64,000 nt of DNA from an uncultured bacterium. Lineage in GTDB: Bacteria > Cyanobacteriota > Cyanobacteriia > Elainellales > Elainellaceae. This document shows positions 37,797 to 45,998 of the stretch, one piece after another. A program made the translations under genes and the position numbers. Under the pieces are notes generated by a model. That model did not search any database, was not told the origin of the DNA, and worked only from the letters and a program-made list of their open reading frames with translations. The stretch's first letter is position 1. Each line of letters opens with the position of its first letter. Location of the stretch: NCBI GenBank assembly GCA_964630955.1, contig CAZVXA010000003.1, forward strand, positions 13,664 through 77,663. The letters are read 5' to 3'.

Positions 37797-38200
37797 AGGC
37801 TTTATATCTCAACTTCGGTAAGGTATGATCCGACACGCAAACCACTGACTTTCAGCGAGCGCATTGGAAACAGAGTTAAAGGGATATCACGAGCTATTCT
37901 CACTAATATAACCCTACATTTATTGAGATTATTTTGCAATAAGTTGGGGCGATCTAGATCACCAGGCGTTGTAAAGCCTCAAATAATCGTGCCTACGTAC
38001 TCCATCAGTTTTATTTCATGCAAGCCTTATTGCTGCGAGACTTAACAATAAGCTGTCAATCTATTCGTTTTGCTTCGGCGCTGACAGGTCTGTGTATAAT
38101 TTTGTGGGGAAAGCCCCTGTCAGTACCGTGAATTCGGTATCAGTCACTACAACTCAGATTGTTGGCGCTCTAAGGAGATTTCCAGCAATAAGTCTACCTG

Positions 38201-38249
38201 CAGCGTGTGGGTGGTTCCCCCGTGCAACGGGGGAACCACCCACACGCTG
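38201..38249. repeat. Perfect 21-bp stem / 7-nt loop hairpin
   Basis: cagcgtgtgggtggttccccc gtgcaac gggggaaccacccacacgctg. It is intergenic, between divergent genes. Confidence 0.85.
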
Positions 38250-38564
38250 GGTAACTTCTTGTGCGGAAATCTCATAACAATTTTGCGTGAAGTCGAATTG
38301 AATAGAAGGGGGTCAAGGGGAGGTGTCCCTTGTGGGGACGGAGTCCCCACACCCCTTTAATGTGCAGGTTCATATTGAATTGGTATTAGAATCCTATATA
38401 TTGGGGATTTGCAGCGATTCTCACTCAACTGAAAAACGGGGGGCTTTAACCCCTGCATCCCGTGATCTTTGCATCGGAAAACTGCTGTCGGTGCAGGAGG
38501 GGGAAATTACTGCGGACAACAACAATTCCATCTCTATCCCAGTAGTAGTCCACCAAAGAAACTT

Positions 38565-38609
38565 TGCCTGGTTGGAATGGCGCGCTTCTCGCGCCATTCC
38601 AACCAGGCA
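38565..38609. repeat. Perfect 20-bp stem / 5-nt loop hairpin
   Basis: tgcctggttggaatggcgcg cttct cgcgccattccaaccaggca. It is intergenic, about 215 nt upstream of the DUF3102-type gene start. Confidence 0.85.
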
Positions 38610-38824
38610 ACCAGGAAAAGTTCACCAAGCGAACTAGTGTTGCGAGTACTAAATTTTGCAACATAGGGGGTTTGGGGGCAAAGCCCTCAAGCAGGGTCAC
38701 ACCCCCTGCCCCCTTGCAAAACTATTTATTCGCTTCACTAGTAGGCACTTTTCACTTAATCAGGGTACCTTTAAATGTAGGGGGCTGGGATGCGACGTTT
38801 ATTTGGATTGGCATAGGGTTGATT

Positions 38825-39817
38825 ATGGGTAAGTCAGATAAGAAAAAGTCGATCGTGACTCGGTTTGACTATGATGTGTTAACGACGGAGCAGCAAACGG
38901 TTGTTCGACAAAAAACCTATGAAATTCGTGAACGGTTGAAACGATCAGCCCAAGATATTTGGGAAGTTGGGCAACGACTGGCAGAAGTCCGATCCCATCT
39001 AAAATACGGTCAGTTTGAGGCATGGTTAACGGCTGAGTTTGGTTGGAGTCGTCGTACTGCTTATAATTTCATCAATGTTTATGAAACGTTTCGCGATCGC
39101 GCAAATTTATCCGAGTTAAATATTGCGACTTCGGCGTTGTATTTGCTGTCATCTCCGTCCATCTCCTCCGAAGTGCGACAGCAATACATCGATCAAGCTC
39201 AATCTGGGCAACGCCTAAACCACAAGGATATAGTTAAGCAAATTCGTCAAGAAAAGTCTCAGTCTGGTTTACCCCAAGGCTTAACAGCTCAGCCGGAAAG
39301 CGCCAAACCCGAAATTGTACGAATCATTTCACATTCCGTAACCATCCCAACAACCGCTACTGATGTCGCAATGGTTGATGTTGCTTCGACGTTAATCAGC
39401 GAAAGATTAGCGTTACCCACGATTGAGTTGCTCCCTTCGCAGTGGTATGTTTTAGGACAACACCACTATCTGTTTTGGGGGGACACCGCATCGCCTGAAT
39501 TTATAGATGTAATTCCGCCGCCAACCCTGGCGATCGCGGTAACGTTTCATGATTGGGATCACGATTGGCTAGTAGACACAGCCAAAAACCTTATTGTACT
39601 CAATCCAGATACCTTCTCTGCCAAAATCTTAGAAGAATTGATCACACTCCTCTCCCAACCAGGAGATGTGATTGTGTTTCCCTGGTTGCCACATATGGAC
39701 ATGATTGCCATTGGCGATCGACTGGGGCGTAAAATCTTTGCAGGTGATAGTTCCAAAGAACGCTTTCAGATTGCGATTCAAGCGTCCAGGCTAGACATAG
39801 AACTTGCAAGTTTGTAG
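38825..39817 (+). CDS. DUF3102-type protein with a C-terminal degenerate DNA-methyltransferase-like region (plasmid/phage-associated type)
   Basis: The track ORF starts at 38564, but that extension runs through the hairpin. I start at the ATG of MGKSDKKKSIV (about 38825). The N-terminal half (IWEVGQRLAEVRSHLKYGQFEAWLTAEFGWSRRTAYNFINVYE) fits the DUF3102 pattern. In the C-terminal half, WYVLGQHHYLFWGDTASPEFIDVIPPPTLAIAVTF resembles W-LG-H-L-CGD...DPPY of ParB-linked methylases, but no DPPY motif is present. Confidence 0.55.
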   Translation: MGKSDKKKSIVTRFDYDVLTTEQQTVVRQKTYEIRERLKRSAQDIWEVGQRLAEVRSHLKYGQFEAWLTAEFGWSRRTAYNFINVYETFRDRANLSELNIATSALYLLSSPSISSEVRQQYIDQAQSGQRLNHKDIVKQIRQEKSQSGLPQGLTAQPESAKPEIVRIISHSVTIPTTATDVAMVDVASTLISERLALPTIELLPSQWYVLGQHHYLFWGDTASPEFIDVIPPPTLAIAVTFHDWDHDWLVDTAKNLIVLNPDTFSAKILEELITLLSQPGDVIVFPWLPHMDMIAIGDRLGRKIFAGDSSKERFQIAIQASRLDIELASL

Positions 39818-39978
39818 GACTTATGCAGCGTTGTTACAAGGTCTGGTTTCTTCCTGAACGCTTCACTCAACGACTATAATGACAGTCTTTTCAGCGAACA
39901 AGTTTGATAGGAGGGTGAACCGTTTTGGAGCTTGCCCAGATGGAGATCTCACTTTTCATCGACAAAGTATAGGCTATA

Positions 39979-40099
39979 CAATCCTATTTGATTTGTGAGA
40001 GGGGTGCAGAGGTGGAACCCCCTTCGGATTGAGCGCTCAGGTCGAAAGCTGCGTGTGTGCGGTGCCCACACACCCTCTCTCACAACCGATTTAGGATTG
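39979..40099. mobile_element. MITE-like inverted-repeat element, copy B
   Basis: caatcctatttgatttgtgagaggggtgcagaggtggaacccccttcggattgagcgctcaggtcgaaagctgcgtgtgtgcggtgcccacacaccctctctcacaaccgatttaggattg. The termini are inverted repeats. It is in the same orientation as copy A at 36499..36653. Confidence 0.75.
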
Positions 40100-40142
40100 C
40101 TACATACTCTATAGCTCTCAGAATACTCTTGACGGCTTTCTT

Positions 40143-41186
40143 ATGGAATTTAGTTTGTTTTACTTTGATGGTGATGGTTCTGGTGACCGGGCAAATAAAT
40201 ATCAACTGCTGATAGAGAGCGCCCAATTTGCCGATCGCCACAGATTTTCCGCTATTTGGACTCCAGAACGCCATTTCTATGCCTTTGGTGGACTCTATCC
40301 CAACCCCGCTTTGACTAGTGCCGCCTTAGCAATGATGACTCAGTCGGTTCAATTACGAGCCGGCAGTGCCGTCGTGCCACTCCATGATCCAGTCCGACTG
40401 ACGGAAGATTGGGCAGTGGTCGATAATCTTTCTAAGGGTCGCGTCGAGATCGCTTTCGCCTCTGGATGGACGATGGATGATTTTGTTCTCTCCCGTTCTC
40501 CTCACGCCAACCGCAAAGCTGTGATGTGGGAGGGGATTGCCACCATGCAAAAGCTCTGGCGCGGCGAAGCTATTACCCGTACCGACGCGACGGGTAAAAC
40601 CTTTGAAATCAAAACTCTGCCGCGTCCGATCCAGCCTGAACTCCCCGTCTGGATTACTTGCCAATCGCCAGAAAGCTTTGTAGAAGCCGGAAAAATCGGT
40701 GCAAGTGTTCTCACGTCCTTATTGGGTGGCACCCTGGAGGAACTGCAACCCCGCATTACGCTCTATCGTAATGCCCTGGCAAAACGGGGACATGATCCCC
40801 AGACGGGTAAGGTTGCTCTGATGATTCACACCTTTTTAGGCGATGACTTAAACACGGTGAAGCATCAAGTTCGCCAACCTTTTTGCACCTATCTCAAGAC
40901 TCATTATAGTTTACTGGAAGGGTTAGCAAAGGCTATGGGACTTACCGTTAGCCTGAAGGAATTTTCGGAGGATGATATTGATAGCTTGTTGGAGTTTGGT
41001 GTGGAAGGGTTTATGAATGGGCGATCGCTGATTGGCACTCCAGCTAGTTGTCAACCTTTTGTGGAGCAACTGCGTCAGGCAGGAATTGATGAAGTTGCTT
41101 GTCTAATCGACTTTGTGCAAGATCCAGCGTTGATAATGACCAGTTTGCCCTACCTGAATCAACTCAAAACGCTATGTCAGCGATAA
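40143..41186 (+). CDS. FMN-dependent luciferase-like monooxygenase (natural-product LLM subgroup, MupA-like)
   Basis: 347-aa ORF. MEFSLFYFDGDG...YQLLIESAQFADRHRFSAIWTPERHF..FGGLYPNPALTSAALA...RAGSAVVPLHDPVRLTEDWAVVDNLSKGRV..AFASGW is the typical N-terminal signature of stand-alone or embedded LLM domains in PKS/NRPS clusters. It is convergent with PKS3. Confidence 0.8.
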   Translation: MEFSLFYFDGDGSGDRANKYQLLIESAQFADRHRFSAIWTPERHFYAFGGLYPNPALTSAALAMMTQSVQLRAGSAVVPLHDPVRLTEDWAVVDNLSKGRVEIAFASGWTMDDFVLSRSPHANRKAVMWEGIATMQKLWRGEAITRTDATGKTFEIKTLPRPIQPELPVWITCQSPESFVEAGKIGASVLTSLLGGTLEELQPRITLYRNALAKRGHDPQTGKVALMIHTFLGDDLNTVKHQVRQPFCTYLKTHYSLLEGLAKAMGLTVSLKEFSEDDIDSLLEFGVEGFMNGRSLIGTPASCQPFVEQLRQAGIDEVACLIDFVQDPALIMTSLPYLNQLKTLCQR

Positions 41187-41261
41187 TCGCAGGTTTTCGC
41201 CCCTTGACAAACAACGGGAGGCTGCTGCCGTGAGACTAAATCAGGGGGGCGATCGAATTCC

Positions 41262-44200
41262 TTATTTCTCTTCCTGGTTTTTTGAGTACAATGCCAGGTG
41301 AGTATTGACTTCCTCTGTATTCATCGCTTCTACCTGTTCCAATAGGGCTAACATTTCAGCGTTGCCGGGTTCCGGGGAACGATAATCGGTAATTATTTTG
41401 GCAATTCCTGCTACAGTTGGAGATTCAAACAGAAATTGGCGCATGGGGAGGTCTACTTGAAACTGCTGGCGAATTTTAGAGACCGCTTGAATTGCCATTA
41501 GGGAGTGCCCACCGAGTTCAAAAAAGTTGTCATGGATACCAATCTTTTCAATTCCCAGTAAGTCTTGCATGAGTTCAACTAGAGTCTGTTCGACTTCGTT
41601 ACGAGCCACAACATAGGGAGTATCAAGCGTGCGAGTTTGAGTATCTGTTGGAAACTGCGTAGAGGCTTCAGAGAGGCGAGGTGTGAGGTGCAGTGCTTGC
41701 TCGATCCGGGATTGCAATGGTAATGGAGACACAATCACTTGAGGCGTAATGCCAGTCGCGAGGACACGTTCTGTGATTTGTACGGCTTCGCTGGGGCTAA
41801 TTGCCAAATCCAGAAGGGCTGATCCGGTACTGGCGGTAGTGGGGGCAGTGGCTTTTACCGCATCCCAGTTGATGCTGATCCAGGGGAGTGTTTGTGTGCG
41901 GTTGCGGAGAGTTGCGAGGGCATCCATAAAGGCATTGGCTCCAGCGTAGGCAGCAAACCCTGTACCACCGACGATCGCGGACAGAGACGAATGCAGCAAC
42001 ACGAAATCAGGTCTATGGGATTGCAGCGCAGATTCCAGGGTAAGCAGACCGTTTACTTTATGGGCAAATTGGGCTTCGACGGTCGTGGGATTGAGGTCGG
42101 AGATCAAACAACTGGAGCGATCGCCCATTACTCCAGCATGAATTACACCATGAATGTCGCCAAAGGGCTGGGACTGAATGGTAGTGGCGATCGTTGTTTG
42201 GTCAGTTAATTCCACAGGCAGGACGAGTAACTCGACTCCGGCGGTTTGGAGTGCCCGCATCTGCTGAATCCATTGGCTGACGGGATGGCTTGCACCGTGG
42301 GTTGCCAGCCATGTCTCCCACTCGGCAGGAATGGGGAGATCGGACCGACCCAATAAAATCAACTGGGTTGCGCCCTTGCTGGCCAACCATTCGGCGTAGA
42401 GCGTGCCGAGTCCTTCGATCAAGTCGCCAGCGATGAGGTAGGTTCCATTGGGGCGGATGGGGGAGGGCGTGGAGTGTGGGGTGTGGGGTGTGGGGTGTGG
42501 AGTAAAGTGTTGAGTCCAGCGGTGCTGATGGCGGTAGGCAACGATCGCGGCAGTTGGGGGAGTGAGGAGGTCGCGGCTGAGGGCGTGGATCAGTTGGCTG
42601 GTACTGGGCAGGCTGATGTCGATCAGGCGACAGCCCAACTGGGGATATTCCTGGGGAATGACTTTGATGAGTCCAATTAGAGTCGTGTGGGCAGAGTTGA
42701 GGGTTTCGTCGCCAGTGACCTCCTGGGTGTGATGGGTGATCACGGTGAGTTGGGCGCTTTGATGGGTGAGAGCCAGAGCTTGCACCAGATACAGCAGGCT
42801 ATAAAATCTAGTTTGTTGACTCCGGTTGAGGGTGGTAGGGGTTAATTCTGATGGGGGAGGGGCTTCGATCGCCCCTAAATGCAAAATTTGTTCGGGATTA
42901 AAGCCTTGTTTCTGAAGATCATGGAACAGTTGCCGGTAATCATCGGCATGGCTAAGGTTGAGGGTGTAGGTGCGATCGTCGATTTGCTGATACGATTCGC
43001 CCATCGTAACTGTCACGATTGCCTGGTGCTGTTGGGTCAGGTGCTCTGCGATCGCAGTTCCCACTCCCTGTGAGTCTAGAACTATCAGCCACCGTTGGGG
43101 GTTAGTTGGGTTGGGGCGAGGTGGCAGGGGCGTTCGACTCCAGGTAGGGAGATAAAACCAGTTGGCAAGATCCGGTTGCTTGTGGGGAGGGCTGACTGGC
43201 TCGCTGGGAGAGGCGGGACAGGCAGTCTGACTGGGGGTAGGTTGTAAATCGACCCAGTAGCGCTGATGCTCAAAAGGATAGGTCGGGAGTGGCAACCGAT
43301 GGCGAAATTGATCGACATAAAATTGCTGCCAGTTAATCGTGGCTCCTGCTAACCATAATTGCCCCAGAGTTTGTAGAATGTGTGCCCATCCAGAGGTGGA
43401 TGCTTTGGGATGGGGCAGGGAGGAAAGGGTAGGGCAGCCTGGGTGTGGGTGCTGCGCCTGGTATTGTCGAGCAAACGTGCTGAGGGTGTTTCCAGATCCA
43501 ACTTCCAGCAACACATGAGGAGACTGATGCAATGTAGCGATGCCATCAGCAAACCGCACGGGGTAACGCAAATGATTCGCCCAGTAGTGGGGATCGATCG
43601 CCTGGTCTGCGGTGAGCCAGGTGCCTGTAACGTTAGACAGAATGGGACAATCGGGCGACCGCCGGGAAACTCGGCTCACTGCAACGGCAAACTGATCTGC
43701 TGCAGGTGCCATCAAGGGGGAATGGAACGCATGGGAGGTGTGCAAGCGACGATGGGAAATATCTTTGCTGATCAATACTTGTTCTAACGTGGTGATTGCC
43801 TCATCCCGACCCGCTACAACACACAGTTCTGGTGCATTGACAGCAGCAATGACTAAATTATTTTGAAGCAAGGGGGTTAATTGATGTTCGGCTAAGGAAA
43901 CCGATAGCATCACTCCGGGTTCACACTGTTGCATCAGTTTGCCTCGCAGGGCTACCAGGAGCAGCGCATCTTCCAGAGAAAAGATATTCGCTAATGTTGC
44001 CGCAACATATTCGCCAATGCTGTGTCCGATGAGGGCGTTGGGATAGATTCCCCAGGATTGCCAGAGCTGTGCTAGAGCATATTCAACTACAAATAAAGCC
44101 AATTGAGCATATTGAGTTTGGTTGATTAACGATGTATCCACAGTTGCTGTGGAATGAGGATTTCTACTGGGGTAGAGTAAATCTCGCAGGTCAAGATCCA

Positions 44201-45962
44201 TGTGGGGCTGAAGCAAGTCACACATCTGATCGATCTGCGATCGAAATACCGATTCAGTTTCGTACAGTTCCCGTCCCATATTGACACACTGGCTGCCCTG
44301 TCCCGGAAACAGGAAGGCGATCGCGGGTTGGCTGGTAACGGATTGCCGGGTCGGAGCCGTCTCCGGTTGGTGGAGGGATGTGACTGCTGCGGTGATGTCG
44401 GAGCAAAGAATCATCCGTCGATGGGAGAGTGATCGCCGCCCAACTTGTAGCGTATATGTCACATCCGCCAGATTCAGATCGGGATGCTGACTGAGATGCT
44501 GCGCCAAATTGGTGGTCATTTGCTCCAAAGCGGCAGCACTGTTTGCCGAGAGTAATAGCAAATGAGAGGATCGGGCTGGACTGGACTGGAGAGATTGTGG
44601 GGGTGCTTCCAACACCACATGGGCATTGGTCCCACCCATGCCAAAGGAACTGACTCCAGCGCGGAGGGGGATATCCTGCGAGTCCCAGTCCTGGAGCTGT
44701 GTGTTGACGTAAAAGGGACTGTTGGCTAAGTCGGTTTGGGGATTGGGGGTTGAGAAATTCAGGCTGGGCGGCAATTGGCGATGGGCAAGAGCCAGGACGG
44801 TTTTGATCAGTCCGGTAACGCCTGCGGCAGCATCCAGGTGTCCAACGTTGGTTTTGACGGAACCAATCGCGCAGGTCTGCTGGGGAACGGAGGCAAATAC
44901 CCGTTTCAGTGCGGCGAGTTCGATCGGATCACCGATGGGAGTGCCAGTGCCGTGGGCTTCAATGTAACGGATGGTTTCCGGGAGAACCCCTGCCTGAGCA
45001 AGCGCTGCTGCAATGACATCTGCCTGCCCCTGCACACTGGGAGCCGTCAGTCCAACTTTTTGGGCACCATCGTTATTAATCGCTGTAGCCCGAATTACAG
45101 CTTGAATAGAGTCACCATCGCGCATTGCCTGACTCAATCGTTTCAGAACAACAATCCCAACCCCATTACCAAACACCGTCCCTTTGCCTGCCGCATCAAA
45201 GGTACGACACATCCCATCCGGTGAGGTAATCCCATCTTCGTGATAGAAATAGCCAGCTTTTTGCAAAATCCCGATCGAGACACCGCCAGCCAGTGCCAGA
45301 TCACACTCCTGCTGCAATAGACTTTGACAGGCTAAATGGACAGCGACGAGGGACGTGGAGCATCCAGTTTGCACGCCACAACTGGCTCCGGTTAAATTCA
45401 ATTTGTAAGAAACCCGCATTGGCATCAAGCCCATAACGTTACTCACAACAACCTGCACCGGATCAACGGTTTGGCGTAACTGGGGTTGACTGTGTAAGTG
45501 GATCAAGTACTGATTTAGTGAAGCACCACCATACACGGCAATTTTGCCCGCGTATTGCTCTGGGTTGTAGCCTGCTGCTTCCAGCGCTTCCCAGGCGCAT
45601 TCTAAGAAGACTCGGTGTTGGGGGTCGATAATGGTGGCTTCTCGCGGTGAGTAACCAAATAAAGCGGCATCAAACTGATCAATGCCGTCCATACTGGCGT
45701 AGGCTCTAACGTAGTTTGGTTGTTGCCAAAGTTCAGGTTCTACACCAGCTTCCATCAGGTCTTGATCGGTTAGATGCTGAATTGAAGCCGTACCTGCTTT
45801 TAAGTTTTGCCAGAATTCTGTAATGCTGTGTGCACCGGGAAATCGTCCTGCCATTCCGATAATGGCGATCTGTTCCTGGCGTTGTTGTTCGATCGCTTCC
45901 AGTTTGGTACGGGCTTCTTGGAGGGCGTTGAGGATGCGCTCGGTGTTGGGGAGGGAAGTCAT
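41262..45962 (-). CDS. Type I PKS module: KS-AT(malonyl type)-KR-carrier
   Basis: 1566-aa ORF. N-terminal coiled-coil docking region, KS (IIGMAGRFPGA; VQTGCSTSLVAVH; EAHGTGT; NVGHLDAAAG), AT (GHSIGEY; HAFHS), KR (AGDLIEGLG; SSLSAIVGGTGFAAYAGAN), carrier with a PCP-like FFELGGHSLMAIQ motif (about 41478-41528), and a C-terminal docking tail. Confidence 0.93.
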   Translation of the reverse strand: MTSLPNTERILNALQEARTKLEAIEQQRQEQIAIIGMAGRFPGAHSITEFWQNLKAGTASIQHLTDQDLMEAGVEPELWQQPNYVRAYASMDGIDQFDAALFGYSPREATIIDPQHRVFLECAWEALEAAGYNPEQYAGKIAVYGGASLNQYLIHLHSQPQLRQTVDPVQVVVSNVMGLMPMRVSYKLNLTGASCGVQTGCSTSLVAVHLACQSLLQQECDLALAGGVSIGILQKAGYFYHEDGITSPDGMCRTFDAAGKGTVFGNGVGIVVLKRLSQAMRDGDSIQAVIRATAINNDGAQKVGLTAPSVQGQADVIAAALAQAGVLPETIRYIEAHGTGTPIGDPIELAALKRVFASVPQQTCAIGSVKTNVGHLDAAAGVTGLIKTVLALAHRQLPPSLNFSTPNPQTDLANSPFYVNTQLQDWDSQDIPLRAGVSSFGMGGTNAHVVLEAPPQSLQSSPARSSHLLLLSANSAAALEQMTTNLAQHLSQHPDLNLADVTYTLQVGRRSLSHRRMILCSDITAAVTSLHQPETAPTRQSVTSQPAIAFLFPGQGSQCVNMGRELYETESVFRSQIDQMCDLLQPHMDLDLRDLLYPSRNPHSTATVDTSLINQTQYAQLALFVVEYALAQLWQSWGIYPNALIGHSIGEYVAATLANIFSLEDALLLVALRGKLMQQCEPGVMLSVSLAEHQLTPLLQNNLVIAAVNAPELCVVAGRDEAITTLEQVLISKDISHRRLHTSHAFHSPLMAPAADQFAVAVSRVSRRSPDCPILSNVTGTWLTADQAIDPHYWANHLRYPVRFADGIATLHQSPHVLLEVGSGNTLSTFARQYQAQHPHPGCPTLSSLPHPKASTSGWAHILQTLGQLWLAGATINWQQFYVDQFRHRLPLPTYPFEHQRYWVDLQPTPSQTACPASPSEPVSPPHKQPDLANWFYLPTWSRTPLPPRPNPTNPQRWLIVLDSQGVGTAIAEHLTQQHQAIVTVTMGESYQQIDDRTYTLNLSHADDYRQLFHDLQKQGFNPEQILHLGAIEAPPPSELTPTTLNRSQQTRFYSLLYLVQALALTHQSAQLTVITHHTQEVTGDETLNSAHTTLIGLIKVIPQEYPQLGCRLIDISLPSTSQLIHALSRDLLTPPTAAIVAYRHQHRWTQHFTPHPTPHTPHSTPSPIRPNGTYLIAGDLIEGLGTLYAEWLASKGATQLILLGRSDLPIPAEWETWLATHGASHPVSQWIQQMRALQTAGVELLVLPVELTDQTTIATTIQSQPFGDIHGVIHAGVMGDRSSCLISDLNPTTVEAQFAHKVNGLLTLESALQSHRPDFVLLHSSLSAIVGGTGFAAYAGANAFMDALATLRNRTQTLPWISINWDAVKATAPTTASTGSALLDLAISPSEAVQITERVLATGITPQVIVSPLPLQSRIEQALHLTPRLSEASTQFPTDTQTRTLDTPYVVARNEVEQTLVELMQDLLGIEKIGIHDNFFELGGHSLMAIQAVSKIRQQFQVDLPMRQFLFESPTVAGIAKIITDYRSPEPGNAEMLALLEQVEAMNTEEVNTHLALYSKNQEEK
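42474..42501. repeat. Heptamer tandem array GTGTGGG x4, in-frame, within the PKS3 KR region
   Basis: gtgtggg gtgtggg gtgtggg gtgtgga, translated as HPTPHTPHS. Confidence 0.9.
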
Positions 45963-45963
45963 G

Positions 45964-45998
45964 GTAGGGAGTGGGGAGTAGGGAGTTAAGGGAGGGTG
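45964..45998. repeat. Heptamer-type repeats filling the whole PKS2-PKS3 intergenic spacer
   Basis: gtaggga gtgggga gtaggga gttaagg gagggtg lies between the PKS2 stop (45999) and the PKS3 start (45962). Confidence 0.8.

Noticed and set aside
38201-38249. Long hairpins considered as a tRNA, a CRISPR repeat or a terminator of a flanking gene
   Set aside because: There is a single stem with no cloverleaf. Each sequence occurs only once in the window. The flanking genes diverge from this region, so neither gene would be terminated here.
38564-38824. Upstream extension of the DUF3102-type ORF (track start 38564)
   Set aside because: It starts inside the perfect 20-bp hairpin and reads through low-complexity repeat DNA. 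The internal ATG at about 38825 gives a sensible Lys-rich N-terminus.
41187-41261. The convergent intergenic region between the LLM gene and PKS3, examined for a bidirectional terminator
   Set aside because: I could find no convincing GC-rich stem followed by a T-run by eye.
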